Notes: generated by a model not told the origin, from the sequence alone. A DNA stretch of 64,000 bases from Epiperipatus broadwayi (GCA_028023455.1 JAQFVV010000008.1:5518001-5582000), one strand, 5' to 3'; shown: positions 26,637 to 39,219, counted from the stretch's first letter. Numbers and translations: made by a program.

Positions 26637-28158
26637 GTTTAAATTATTAAAACTAAAAATAATTTAAACTCCTTGTAAAAAGAAAAAAAAATTACAATAT
26701 ATATAGAATCTCTATTTTGTCTGTTGTCTGACTATATGTTTGTCCATAATGCTTTACTGGAGCACCCTTCAATTGTTTTTTATTCAGAAGGCACCCAGTA
26801 AATAATTTTATTATATAAAATCCATACTTTGTCTGTTGTTCATAACACTGTCAAATTTACAACAAAGTGTGAATTTTATTTATAGACACAACTATTTATA
26901 ACTTACTTATCAAATATAACAGGTACATTTTAAATTTTAATTTAGCTTTATTATTTTTTTAATTTATTGTGAAGTGTACCAAATAGGTTAGATTGTGCAT
27001 ACTTTTTTTGGCAATTTTTCAGTTGTAAATTTCTCACATGTATTTATATAATATTAAAACCTTTTGTTTAATTTACATTAAATCTTTAAAAAAAATTATT
27101 AAATCAACAAATTAAAAAAACAATGGTCTTTCCATATTCCAGGTATAAACTTGTATATATAATAATGAAGAAAAAAAAGATAGCAATTTTATTATTGTCC
27201 TTATTTAAAACTTTATTTCGTGTTTAATATCTATATTGCAAATATTAATGAGATGGATAAAATAAATAACCATATAGTTAATCACTTAGAAAATCATGTG
27301 ATATTTATGTTTTTATATATCAGGTTGAACATTATAAGTTAGTGTTAAGTCTATTTTTGGGGAGAAAAAAAACCCGGCAATAAAATAATAATTAGAACTG
27401 CTTTAGTCCATACTCAATATCTACATATCTCAATATTCAAAAAAGCTAATTTTTAAGCAGTAGCTCATCAAAAATTTATAAAAACAATTATGCTATCTGA
27501 AAATGGCTTATGTTATCTCTATCTTGAAACTATATTGTATAGTTGTAAAATGTTTTAATGTAGCAAAAAACAATTGCAGTTTGTTGATATTGAGTCATTC
27601 ACATTAAATTTTGTTAAAAATATCAATATAACTCTTATATTTGGATCATTGATAATTTGCACCTCCTGGTAGACTATTATTAATGTAAATCCCCTGGTTT
27701 TGAGATTTTTTGAAATGTCAGACTTCAACAATAAATCTTTAAAAAAGTAATAAAAAAAAAAGTGACAGTAAATCTTTTCCCTAATCATTATACTTCTAAA
27801 CTCTGCTGGAGATTTTTTTTTTAATTAAAAGTATTCAAATTAATGTTACCTGTACAAAATTTAAAACTTTTTTATAATTAGTTTTAGCCTAAAATACCAT
27901 GAAAGATTATATTTTGTAAATATTTAAATTGCTTTATTAATAATTATGAATCTATTTCTAAATTCTGATCTATTTATTTTTGACTGAATAGAATTCTACT
28001 TTCTTATTTTCTGCATATAACTTTAGAGGAAAATGAGTAATAACCAAAGATCAATTATATAAATATATTCTAACATTAGTAAATATGATAGTATTTTCAT
28101 TATCCTTTCCAATAATTATTTTTTGTTAAGTAAAATAGATTGTTCTATATCAAACAAT

Positions 28159-28326
28159 GGCTGCAGAAAGGAGTTTTGCTATTAACTGAAAGGAGACCCT
28201 TGGATTCCTCTTGGAGGCCTTAAAGGAACCGAGCAGGGCAAATTCCTAATGTCCACTCCATACGTTCTTGTCGTTGCAGCTGTTATTACTATGTGATTAT
28301 TCATATAGTATACGAACATGGATGGG
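28159..28326 (+). ncRNA. HDV-like self-cleaving ribozyme fold at the RTE 5' end
   Basis: P1 GGCTGCA (28159-65) / TGCAGCT (28275-81) with G.U at position 1. P3 ACG/CGT around L3 TTCTTGT (28265-71). P4 TACTATGTGA/TCATATAGTA (28287-28310). J4/2 C at 28313 followed by GAA. P2 CCACTCCAT / ATGGATGG. Starts at the first base after the TSD. Confidence 0.75.
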
Positions 28327-28485
28327 CTGCTCACCAACACGCATTAGCCAGTGTGGTGAGTTTAGTGGCTTTTTACCTCTGAGTTTAAGATCAAGAAACA
28401 CCATGGTCTTTCTTCTCAGTGCCTGATAAGGCAGAATGAATGTTTGTGTAAATGATAAATATTTTCCCAATACATATATACAATT

Positions 28486-29363
28486 ATGACAAACAAAAAT
28501 AAAGCATGGCCCTTATTCCCAGGAGGCTGTAAAGTCACAAACCAAGGCAGCAGTTGGTGGCCGAAGGCGGAGGGTGCTAAGAATCCCCTGATTGCGGACC
28601 CAGGCTGCCATTTGATGACAACTTTTTATTTAGGTACTTACAACTGCAGATCACTTTCAAGTGAAGGAAGATTGCAAGAATTAGAAGAAGAATTCTCTTA
28701 TATTAAATGGGACATTATTGGACTTTGTGAAGTTAGAAGAAAAGGTGAAGAGACAATTGATTTAAAGAGTGGACATATACTCTATTATAAAGGCACAAAT
28801 ATTGGAAATACAAGTGGAGTAGGATTCATTATAAATAAAAAGTGGAAGTACAATATTGTGGAGATTGATGGTGTATCGGACAGAGTGACAAGATTAGTGA
28901 TGAAGTAGTAGAAGATTTTTATATGGATGTACAAAAGGCTTTTGATCAGAGTAAACACCATTTTAAAATTGTTATGGGAGACTTTAATGCTAGAATTGGT
29001 ATAAAAATGAAAGATGAAAGTGCTGTGGGTAATTTTGGTTATGGTAATAGAAATGAGAGAGGACATAGACTTGTGGAGTTTGCAGAAAAAGAAAAACTTT
29101 ATATTATGAATTCATTTTTTGAGAAAAATGTTAAAAGGAAATGGACATGGAAGCATCCAAATGAAGGTACAGCAGAATTGGATTATATTTTGACTAACAG
29201 GAAATACATATTTCAAGATTGTAATGTTCTTAATAAATTTAACACAGGAAGTGATCATCGATTAGTAAGGTGTAAGATACGTGTTAATGTAAAACTAGAG
29301 AGACAAAAATTATTAAGGAAAACAATATTTACAGTTGATATTCCTAATCTTCAGAAACACTAA
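28486..29363 (+). pseudogene. RTE AP-endonuclease region split over two frames
   Basis: ORFs 28486-28908 and 28923-29363. The QxYAPT-type segment is missing at about 28898, whereas the 59-kb copy keeps IIQIYA at 59136-59153. Confidence 0.9.
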
Positions 29364-31374
29364 TGAATTTAAATTAGAACTTACAAATCGGTTTCAAGTA
29401 TTAGTAGATTTTGAACATGATTCAGATTTGAATGAAATTAATATGAAAATAACTGATACACTTTTGAAAACTGCAACAAAGATAGCTGGTAGAAAGAAAC
29501 AGCAATTGACCAATAAAATTTCTACTGAGACTAGAGAATTTATGAAGAAAAGAAGGAATATGAAGACATACAAAAATGATGCATTAAAAAGAATTGAATA
29601 TCTCGAATTTTGTAAAATGGTGCGGAAAAGAGTTGAAAATGATATAAGAAAGTATAACTGTGAACTAGCAAGGAATGCTGTAGAAGAAAATAAAAGTCTT
29701 AAGAATGTAAAACAACATTTTGGTATTGGTAGGAAATTTATATCTGCAATAAGAAAAAAAGATGGAATTATTACTAAAAGGAGAGATGACATCATGAAAT
29801 TGGTAGAAGATTTTTATCAAGAATTATATAGTAATAAAGAACAAGTACCTCCTATATCTATTACATCTTCCAAATTGCCCAGAATTTTAAATGAAGAAGT
29901 GAGACATGCAATTAAATGTATGAAGAAAGGAAAGGCTCCAGGTAATGATGGAATTATAATTGATATATTAAAAGAAGCAGGTGAAGAAATAGAAAATTTT
30001 TTAGCAAAGTTATATACCAAATGTCTAAATGATAAAGATGTACCGGATGATTGGAAGAATGCAGTAATAATATTAATATTTAAAAAAGGTGATAAAGAAG
30101 ATATTAGAAATTACAGACCTATCAGCCTTTTATCAGTTTTATATAAAATTTTTACCAAGATAATTACTACTCGTCTACAGAGAACATTGGATTTCCACCA
30201 ACCAAGAGAACAAGCCGGATTTAAAAGTGGTTTTAGTACAGTAGATCATATCCAGGTATTGAGAGAAGTTATAGAAAGGACAAATGAATATGAGTTGCCA
30301 TTATGCTTAGGATTTGTAGATTATGAAAAGGCATTTGATTCTATAAACATTTCTTCAGTGATTAAAGCATTAGATCATCAAGGTATAGATCCAGGATATT
30401 GTCATATTTTAAAGAATATTTATAAAAATGCAACAGCAACAATTAGATTACATAATGACACTGGGAAAGTCAACATTGAGAAAGGTGTAAGACAAGGTGA
30501 CTCCAAATCTCCAAAACTTTTTACAGCAGTGCTGCATGAAGTATTTTGTGGATTAAAATCGGAAACTAAAGGAGTGAAAGTAAATGGTGATTATTTAAGT
30601 CATTTAGATTTTGCAGATGATGTAGTTGTTTTTGCAAATAATGCTTCAGATCTGCAGGAAATGTTGCAGGAATTATCAGATGAAAGTAGGAAAGTAGGAC
30701 TAAAGATAAATGTTAAAAAGACTAAAGTAATGTTTAATCGATTTGCTCAAAATATGAAAATAAAGATTGATTATGATGAATTAGAAGAAGTTAACAATTA
30801 CAAATACCTTGGTCAGATTATTAATACAGATCGAAACATAATGGAGGAAATTAATCATAGAATTAAACTTGTTTGGAGTGCTTTTGGTAGAAATAACTTG
30901 ATACTAAAAGGAAATATGCCTATGTGTTTGAAAATGAACGTTTTTAACAAATGTGTTTTACCATTTCTTACTTATGGATCTGAGACTTGGACACTTAATA
31001 GAAGAGCAATTCAGAGACTTCAGACCACTCAAAGAAGTATGGAGAGATGTATGTTGGGAGTAACAAGAAGAGATCGTAAACGCAACGTATGGGTAAGAGA
31101 ACAAACAGGTGTTACTGACCTCATTAAAAAAATTAAAAAATTGAAGTGGAGTTGGGCTGGACATATTGTTAGAAGAGATGATAATAGATGGACAATTGAA
31201 ATTTTAAACTGGATTCCAAGAGATTGTAAAAGACCCAGAAAGAGACCACATGTGAGATGGATGGATGAAATAAGAAAGTGTGCAGGAGTGATGTGGAGAA
31301 GAGAAGCTAAAGATCGGAGAAGATGGATTAAACTTGGAGAGACCTTCATCCTGCAGTGGATTGATAATGGTTGA
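29335..31374 (+). CDS. RTE reverse transcriptase ORF (679 aa; separated from the endonuclease by a frameshift near 29359)
   Basis: Continuous ORF with RT motifs NYRPISLL, AFDSI, GVRQGDSKSPKLF, DFADD, KYLG and LTYGSETW. Confidence 0.9.
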   Translation: MIFLIFRNTNEFKLELTNRFQVLVDFEHDSDLNEINMKITDTLLKTATKIAGRKKQQLTNKISTETREFMKKRRNMKTYKNDALKRIEYLEFCKMVRKRVENDIRKYNCELARNAVEENKSLKNVKQHFGIGRKFISAIRKKDGIITKRRDDIMKLVEDFYQELYSNKEQVPPISITSSKLPRILNEEVRHAIKCMKKGKAPGNDGIIIDILKEAGEEIENFLAKLYTKCLNDKDVPDDWKNAVIILIFKKGDKEDIRNYRPISLLSVLYKIFTKIITTRLQRTLDFHQPREQAGFKSGFSTVDHIQVLREVIERTNEYELPLCLGFVDYEKAFDSINISSVIKALDHQGIDPGYCHILKNIYKNATATIRLHNDTGKVNIEKGVRQGDSKSPKLFTAVLHEVFCGLKSETKGVKVNGDYLSHLDFADDVVVFANNASDLQEMLQELSDESRKVGLKINVKKTKVMFNRFAQNMKIKIDYDELEEVNNYKYLGQIINTDRNIMEEINHRIKLVWSAFGRNNLILKGNMPMCLKMNVFNKCVLPFLTYGSETWTLNRRAIQRLQTTQRSMERCMLGVTRRDRKRNVWVREQTGVTDLIKKIKKLKWSWAGHIVRRDDNRWTIEILNWIPRDCKRPRKRPHVRWMDEIRKCAGVMWRREAKDRRRWIKLGETFILQWIDNG

Positions 31375-32962
31375 TAATGATGATGTTGATATCAAACAAT
31401 AGTGCCAGGAAGCTATCTGTCCTTAAAAAAAAATATTAATTAAATTTTAATTTTCAATCATTAATTTATATATACTAAAAATATAACATTTTAAATAAAA
31501 ATTATGACATTTTAATGAACATTCAAAATATATTTTAAATATTAATTATATATGAAATACATATCCAAGCATAAATACTATCTAATCATGGTTCGTCACT
31601 CTTCTAATGTTATTTAGTTTGTTTGTATATTGATATTATAGCATAACAATTTTATGTGATATTATTTTAAAAAGAACTCAAATGTATACACAATGTACTC
31701 CTATGGTATTTGGAAACTCAGATAATCATTTATTTAATCTTAGAGTATTTTTAAAATAAAATAAAACCATTTATAAGATAAGAAGTGTCAACAAAAAAGC
31801 TAATGAAAAAATTAATATTAATATAAAAAGCAATAAAATGTGAGGAAACTTCACAAAAACTTCAATTCTAAACAGCAAATAGTATTAATAGTTGACCAAT
31901 AATTAATGTTGAATAACTAAGAAACCATCTTTAATTTTACTATGAAAGTTCAAAGTAGAAAAGAATAACACCAATCTTCTAAAAATACAAAGTCAATAAA
32001 TAAAAAATAAAACATTGTATCATATCTTGATTTTTAAATTTTATTCCTTGCTCATTTAAGCATGGTGGTAAACTGGTAGATAAGAATTAAAGTTCTAAGA
32101 TTGATTTTCAACTGAATAAAGTGAAAAAAAAGTATTTGAATAAATTATTGTGTTCAATCTACCATGTGGATCTCAAGCATACCATAAAATCCATTAACAT
32201 CACATGTTTTGCAAAAAATGAAAAACTCTTAATGCATGCAACACACAACCTTTAGCATTTTTACACAATTGTATACAATGCATTACTAAGTAATCTTTAT
32301 TGAAGCTAACTCAGAAAAGCCAAGGCACTTTCTGGATAGAGTGAACATTATATTCTGATGTAAGTTTTAATAGTTTCCAACCTGATAATTTTACAGTTTA
32401 GCAATTTATCACAAACCTTAAGATTCCTTGTAATTTTATGCAGCCTCAACAAGATTCATTTATTGAATTTTTTTAAAAAAGGAACATCTTCAATAAATTA
32501 CAAATTGAGTAATAAAATTCAAACAAAATATGAGAATGTTTAATCCAGTATATTTATACTAAATCATTGCTATAGATATTTAAAATTATATTGCCCCATG
32601 GCTGTACTATCTCTCCCACTACTACTATTTTGTGCTTAAACATCATTTTCCCATATTACTATTATTAGTAGTAGTAATAGTAATAGTGGTAGTATCAGAA
32701 TATGACTATGCAATAACACTTACCCTTCAATGATAGTTTGCAATTTATTCTATCATACAATTACTGAAAGCTGAATGATAATAAAATCTAATGATAGTAT
32801 TACAAAAGCCAGTATCAAACTATTTTGTATCCAAGAAAATCCCAACTTGTAACCAAACCATATATGGACACACAAAATTACCAATTTCAATTTTAAATAA
32901 CAAATATTTTGTAGAAAAAAATAAAAAGCATTAAATTAATTACCTTTCACATTTTGTTTCTA

Positions 32963-33258
32963 TATCAATGCTGCACTCTTCACTGATATTATTATATTAT
33001 TTATATTATTTTTTATATTATTAATTTTTTTTTGTATGGGATTGTTTTATTTATATATATATTTAGAGATAAGGGAGTTCCACCTTCTTATCAAATGTAG
33101 TTATTTATAATTAAGAAGAGAGAAGACTTTTCATTTTGGTGGGTTTTTTAGTTTGAGCCCGGCCCTTTTCCCTGAGGTCCTAAATTTTAAGTATGTTGGG
33201 GGGGGTTTCCCTTTTTATTTTTTTTTTTACTTTTTTATCAATGCTGCACTCTTCACTG
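32963..33258. repeat. 23-bp perfect direct repeat flanking a 250-bp segment
   Basis: TATCAATGCTGCACTCTTCACTG at 32963-32985 and 33236-33258. Confidence 0.9.
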
Positions 33259-34567
33259 TACTTTAGATTCTAAGCAGTTGCTCCATTTGTCTAATAGTAG
33301 TAGCCCTGCTCTTTATAATCATCCCTATATAAATATTTAAATAAATAAAAAATATTTTGGGTACTATTGATTTTTGCTCTATGATTTAAAATTAAAATGT
33401 AATCTTTTTCTTTTCTTAGAATCCATTTGATTTTTATTAAAATATATGACAACTTCAGTAACTTTAAAAATTTGATTGCAATTTTAAAAGTTTGCCTCAT
33501 GTTTATCATCATTATCTTCCCAGACCAACTTTTTTTAGCTTCTCTATTTTTTATTTTTTAATTACTTAGAAATACACAATTTTTTTATAATTTATCCATT
33601 ATAATTTTTTGCAAGCTATTAATCATAATTTTCTTCATTTCTTAAAATAAATCCAAAATAAATCTCAATATGAAGGTTTTATTTTATTTTATTGATATTT
33701 TATTTTGTTACTATCATTATTTTACTTCCATTATTGAATACTAGATGGTGTTCTATCTGCAATAATTGGTTAACATTAAAATAAATGATTAACATTTGAA
33801 AAGGGTAAAAAACCATGTGCTGAAAAGAGGCTTTTTGTGTATAATTATTATTAATATATACATATATTTATTTATATAGCTATTGTAAATGACTTTTATT
33901 ATTTATTATAATTTATTAATCTTTCTATTATTATTTTTATTTTATATGTGACAATAAATATTGATTTTTTTAAAGTGCTTTTTAAAAAAGCACTAAATCT
34001 ATGAATGAACTTTTTATAACACTTTCTTATGAATCCATATTTATCTTAAAATTTTAAAACTTAGGCAATTATTTTATATTTTCAAGAGAAAAGATTCTAA
34101 TAGATATGCAGTATAATCTGTCAATGTCCACTTATTAAGATTGACTGAATCTGGTGATAATGCTTTATCTTTTTAGTTTTGTATTAAAATATATTTACCA
34201 TCTTATGAAACTGTGATTCCTAAGTAAGTGCTAAAAAGCTTTGCAAAACTTGTTTTTGATGAAAGATCTGAGATTTATATATATATGCTAAAGTCTGATA
34301 TCAGGTGGAGTAATAGAGAGTAACCTACTATGATCAAGCAATAATATTTAATGAACAATGGATAATTTCTAATAATTGATTATTCTGTTCTCAAGTAGCA
34401 TTTTTATTAATATATATTATAACTTTTTATTGCATCAATAAAGTTTTTTAATTTTTTAAAAAAGGCTATAAACAGACTAAGAGAGAATAGAATCTAATTT
34501 TTAGAAAAAAATGTATAACTTCAAAATTTTAATAAACTTTTCTCAGAATAATGTAATTCAAAATAAT

Positions 34568-35175
34568 GCTTTATTTAATTTAACAGCTAGCATGCTTTTA
34601 TCTACCTGGTAGTCATATTCATAACAATAGTTGTCTAAGGAGCTTGTGATATTTATCAAAAATAAATAAGATAAGATATTTGCATAAAATTTGACTAAAG
34701 AATGTAAATAAGTTTATTTAAATGAGCAACTTTTTTGAAAGGGGAACAAAGGATTCATTTTTAGTTCATTCCATGTATGATTTTGTCAATATATCCTGCT
34801 TCCTTAACTTTATATTTAGCATTTCACAGCACAGATACCAATATAATCAAGTCTAAGCTTGGCCACAACAACTTTAAACCTACATCTGACAGCATCATCT
34901 GCTCTGAAAGAATCTATATTAAATATAAAGTTAAGGAGGCATGGCATATTGCCAAAAACATACATGTAATAAACAAAAAAAATCATGTATTTCAAAAAAA
35001 GTGGCTCATTTAAATGAACTTATTTACATCTTTTAGTCAAATTTTATGCAAATACCCTATCTTGTTTATTCTTTGATATATATCACAAGCTTCTTGGATA
35101 ACTATATCTATGAATATGACTACCAGGTAATTGAACACATGCTTAATATGCTACACTGTTAGGATTAAATAAAGC
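34568..35175 (+). mobile_element. Second Penelope-like 3' fragment with inverted pLTR arms
   Basis: 34855-35013 reads KLGHNNFKPTSDSIICSERIYIKYKVKEAWHIAKNIHVINKKNHVFQKKW, alignable to the 16.3-kb GIY-YIG tail. Inverted arms at 34568-34740 and 34990-35175. Both arms carry ATGAATA-T-GACTAC(CAG)GTA..-(G/A)AA.-(G/A)CATGC-T. Confidence 0.8.
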
Positions 35176-36649
35176 TTTTCTCTACATTCATTTTGTATTT
35201 ATTTTGAAAAAATTTATATAAATATTGAAATGATATGATTATTTTCAACATCTGCAATAATAACAATCACTTTACTCACATCCATCTATTTCAGTTGGCC
35301 AAAAACTAATCTGAGAATTTAGGTTTAGCACTAATATCCAACTTCCATTGTTTATTTGAGCATGCAAAATGGCTACATAGTGAGAAAAAATACCTTTTCT
35401 AATGTGCATAGCTCTATTTCTGAGTGCAAGAACTACTTTGATTCAGCTTTGACAGTTATATAAATGACAATACCAAATGTGGTACATCAACTATATATAG
35501 ACTCAGCAAGTTTCGTGAGGTTTACATTCTATAGCTAATACTTTATTATGAGATTAGATATATAATCATAATAATATCAATCGTTGGTTCACCTATGTCT
35601 GTTATATATTTGTTGCCATATGTATTTTTTATATAAATTTATCTCTCTGGCCTCTCATTATTATCATGTGCAGTCCCATATGTTACAATGTATATTTAAT
35701 GAATTCACTTAAACTGATCTCTCTATTCAATAAAAGAATTAGAAAAAAAGAATTGGAAAATCAACACATTTAATTAAGCAAACAAGCCAATCACAATAAA
35801 GGTACTTAGAAATTTTTTTAACATGGATTTCTATAATTACTATATATATATAAGATTGCATGTGCATTATCATTTAATCACAATTAATCTAATCTATCTA
35901 CTTGGAAAATGAAAAAACATGTAGAAAATGCTAATAATTAAAATATACAATTGGAGCAGGGTGTTAGGTTATCTGGTGACCAAACTTTCAAGCAATATGC
36001 CTACTTGGATCTTCTATTGAATTACAACTACTGACTAAACCCAATTGTGACAGACATTTATAATTAAAAATAAAGATACTTGAAAATTTAAACTTTCCAG
36101 CTAAGCAGTTTTATCAATCTAAACTATTGTGTATACTAATATTTATTTATTGATAATTAATAAAAAATAGTTAAACATAATTATTAACTTTGTTCTTTCT
36201 TTAGACACAACAAGAATGGATGCAGTTGATGAGATGTCAATTTACTAATAATTATTATTTTTTTAAAAAAAAAATTGTTACCATTGGTGAATGAAAAACA
36301 AAATGAAGTCATATATAAAGTTTAGCTAAAGCAAAGTTTTAACCAGAATTAAAAATCCTTGTAAATTTTTTCTCTCGAATAAAATATATATAATAGTAAG
36401 AATGGGATATCTGGATAATTTTAATTCAAAATAACCTACAAAATTAACTGGCATACTTTATTAAGATTTTTTTCTAAAAATAATCCAAAATAAATAAAAT
36501 TTATCTGAAAATTGTAGCAAGTATAAATTTGAGTGAAAAATTATCAAGTCTTATTATCTTAGTCCATCTAATACATCCATCACATCTAATATCTGATCAA
36601 GCAACTCATCTATTTATAGTCTATGTTTTCTCCATATTTGAATAAATAT

Positions 36650-37560
36650 TGAGAGACACTTTTTCTCCCTAAATAATCAAAGGAATGGCATCAAGAACAG
36701 TTAAGACTGACTTGCATATTTGAGAACTTTTTACAAAATACATTGAAGGAATTCTTATAGAACTTAATAGTAAACAAACTTTACCTATAAAGAATGCTCA
36801 TTCATAAATATACATGACTAATCAAAACGAAACAGTATTGTAATCAAAAATTTTACTACAAGCCAATCTGTAAACTACATCTCTATGCATGTAAAAACTT
36901 ACTACAGATGTAATAAAAACAGTCTGCAAAAATAATATCTACACAAATACACACTTTTCCAATTCTTTCATTAATCATACAGAAAGAGATAGATTTGCAT
37001 AAAGACAATATGATATCCAAAATTAATGGCTTAAACCTGGCTCCAAATCCATAATAAAAAGTTTAAATTTAAATCAGTTTGCAAGATTGGGATTCAAATT
37101 TAACCTACAAGAACTCAGTCTGTAATAAACAATATACCAATAATAATGAAACTTAATACAAGACTAGAAGTCTCTATTACTATGAATAACTGATTTTGGA
37201 AGCAACAACCCAGATGTCACTATAAAAAACAGTTATGATTTCAATAACAAGAAGAACAATTAAAGTATATGCTCAAAGCCCAATGTTATTCTTTACATTT
37301 TTAAACTATGCAACAACTGGAAACTTTTATTATCAAAGAGAGGGAATGTAATGATTAGACTTAATAAACTAATCTCCAGACCTTCAGTGAAATAATAAAA
37401 AACAAATTTAAAAAAAACAATCTTTATTCAATACAATTATTATTTTAAAACCTAAGCAACTATTAAAATATACAAAGAAATAACTCACAATGCATTTTAC
37501 ATGGAGATGTGCAACTATCAATATATGCACGACTATATCTACAGAACTATTATGCTATCA
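36650..37560 (+). mobile_element. Degenerate PLE-type reverse transcriptase relic
   Basis: GNFYYQREGM near 37319-37348 (PLE FYxQxxGxxMG motif), SYDF near 37230, GLNLAP near 37028. Many stops; boundaries approximate. Confidence 0.4.
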
Positions 37561-37603
37561 TGCAATTGGATTATAAAACATGACAAAAATATTGGACTAA
37601 GCA

Positions 37604-38518
37604 CATGAAATAAAACAGGCAAGACTCTCCATACAGTAGTGCCACTCATCGCAAGCCAGAGTAATTAATGGATGCCAGAGGACTTGTGCATAAAATCCCT
37701 ATCTAGTGCCTACACATCCAATATCCCCAGACTCTGGTTTGTGGTCTTCATCAGTGAGGAGCTTTGGATCTGAGAGAACTGCACCTAGATCTTAGGATCT
37801 AATGCAATCCTCCACCAGCCACCTTTTATTTCTACTTAACTAAAAAACTATGAGAATAAAATTGAAAGCACAATATTTTTAATCCAAGCTCATTAGCTTA
37901 CCTAGTCATAGAAACTAGACTGGGGATATTGAATGAGTAGGCACTAAATAGAAATTTTATGCACAAGCCTTCTGCCATCCATTGATTATTCTGGCTTGCA
38001 CTGAGTGGCATTACTGTATGGAGGGTTTTGCCTGTTTTAATAACCGTCTTATGAGAAAGCATAAGAAATGGTGATCATGTAATATTTAGTGAATTAACAC
38101 CAATCCTGCCTAATAGGATAGTGGTGTCTATGGTTATTAAAAAACTAAAGACACCAAAATGTATGGGTATTGAACTGAGTTCATACCTATATGACTATAT
38201 AAGCTAATGAGCTTGTATTGAAAATATTATTGTGTTTTCAATTTTATTCTCACAGTTTTGTAGTTAAGTAGAGATAAAAAGTGGCTGCTGGAGGGTTGCA
38301 TTAGATCCTAAGATCTAGGTACATCCAAAGCTCCTTACTGATGAAGGCCACAAGCCAGAAACTAGTCTGGGAATATGGGATGAGTATGCACTAGATAGGG
38401 ATTTCATCCACAGGCCTTCTGTCATCCATTGATAGAGCTTTGCCTGTTTTAATAAGTTATGAGCAAGCATAAGAAACAATGATCATGTGATGTTTAGTGG
38501 TTTAACACCATGAAATAA
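37604..38518 (+). mobile_element. Family A composite, locus A2: inverted arm, partial sense unit, full sense unit, tail
   Basis: 10-bp TSD CATGAAATAA at 37604-37613 and 38509-38518. The inverted arm covers 37612-37908. Sense copies lie at about 37909-38100 and 38100-38508 in head-to-tail tandem, with no ORF. Confidence 0.9.
38322..38381 (+). ncRNA. Type I hammerhead ribozyme (family A), intact catalytic core
   Basis: CTGATGA (38338-44), A-GGC(CACAA)GCC-A, GAAA (38358-61), C-TA-GTC with predicted cleavage after 38367. Palindromic ACTAGT stem III. Bipartite stem I, weakened in this copy. A.A opposition at the base of stem II. Confidence 0.75.
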
Positions 38519-39219
38519 TATGGTCATTAAAACTGAGTTAGATTGTGAAACCTGGGGACCAATACCTGATGAGCTATATGGTTGACTCTTCTTCTACTGA
38601 TGTTTCTACTTTGGCTAAATCAACTCATGGAAAATAATTATAGTAAATTTATAGTGTTAGACTTTCCAGTCAAATAAATTTAAAGATGCAGAAATACACC
38701 ATTACTTGTATGTCTAAAAATACAAAATCATAACTAAGGATTCTCAGCCAGATAAACCTGATCCTATTACTTTATTTAATACATAGATCTTCCTATACTT
38801 TATATATTTAAAAGACATAATGTCATTTGCATAACTAAAAAAGAGAATTATAGAAAGACTATAAATTTTTATTTGAACATAAGTAACAAAAGAAAAGGAA
38901 AATTGTATAAAAAAATACAAAAAGACTTCCTTGAATCAAATTAGTAATTAGCCATTGATGAGCCAACATCATATTATATAAACAACAGAAAATATTCTTG
39001 ATCAGGAATTACATTTTAGTATAGAATTACTTCACACTATTTAAAAAAGAATGCATGTTCTAATTTATAATAATAATTATTATTATTCCGAAGAATGCAG
39101 TCCATTTTTTTACAACCATGATAACAAGCTCTTGTTTTTCAATGCTCCAAAAGTACTTTAAACCTAGGCCTGGCAAAGCAAAAACTTCATCCTGATATAT
39201 TTTTTCCAATTTATAGTGA

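Larger units (their letters stand above)
28159..31388 (+). mobile_element. Full-length RTE-clade non-LTR retrotransposon (inactivated by two frameshifts)
   Basis: 12-bp TSD ATATCAAACAAT at 28147-28158 and 31389-31400. APE motifs (TYNCRSL, GLCEVRR, GDFNARIG, LDYIL, SDHRLV) and RT motifs (NYRPISLL, FVDYEKAFDSI, GVRQGD, FADD, YKYLG, WAGHI). Ends in CAGTGGATTGATAATGG followed by a (TGA)-rich tail. Confidence 0.97.

Noticed and set aside
28785-31395. Several minus-strand ORFs, and the plus-strand ORF at 53099-53377
   Set aside because: Antisense shadows of the RTE coding sequence.
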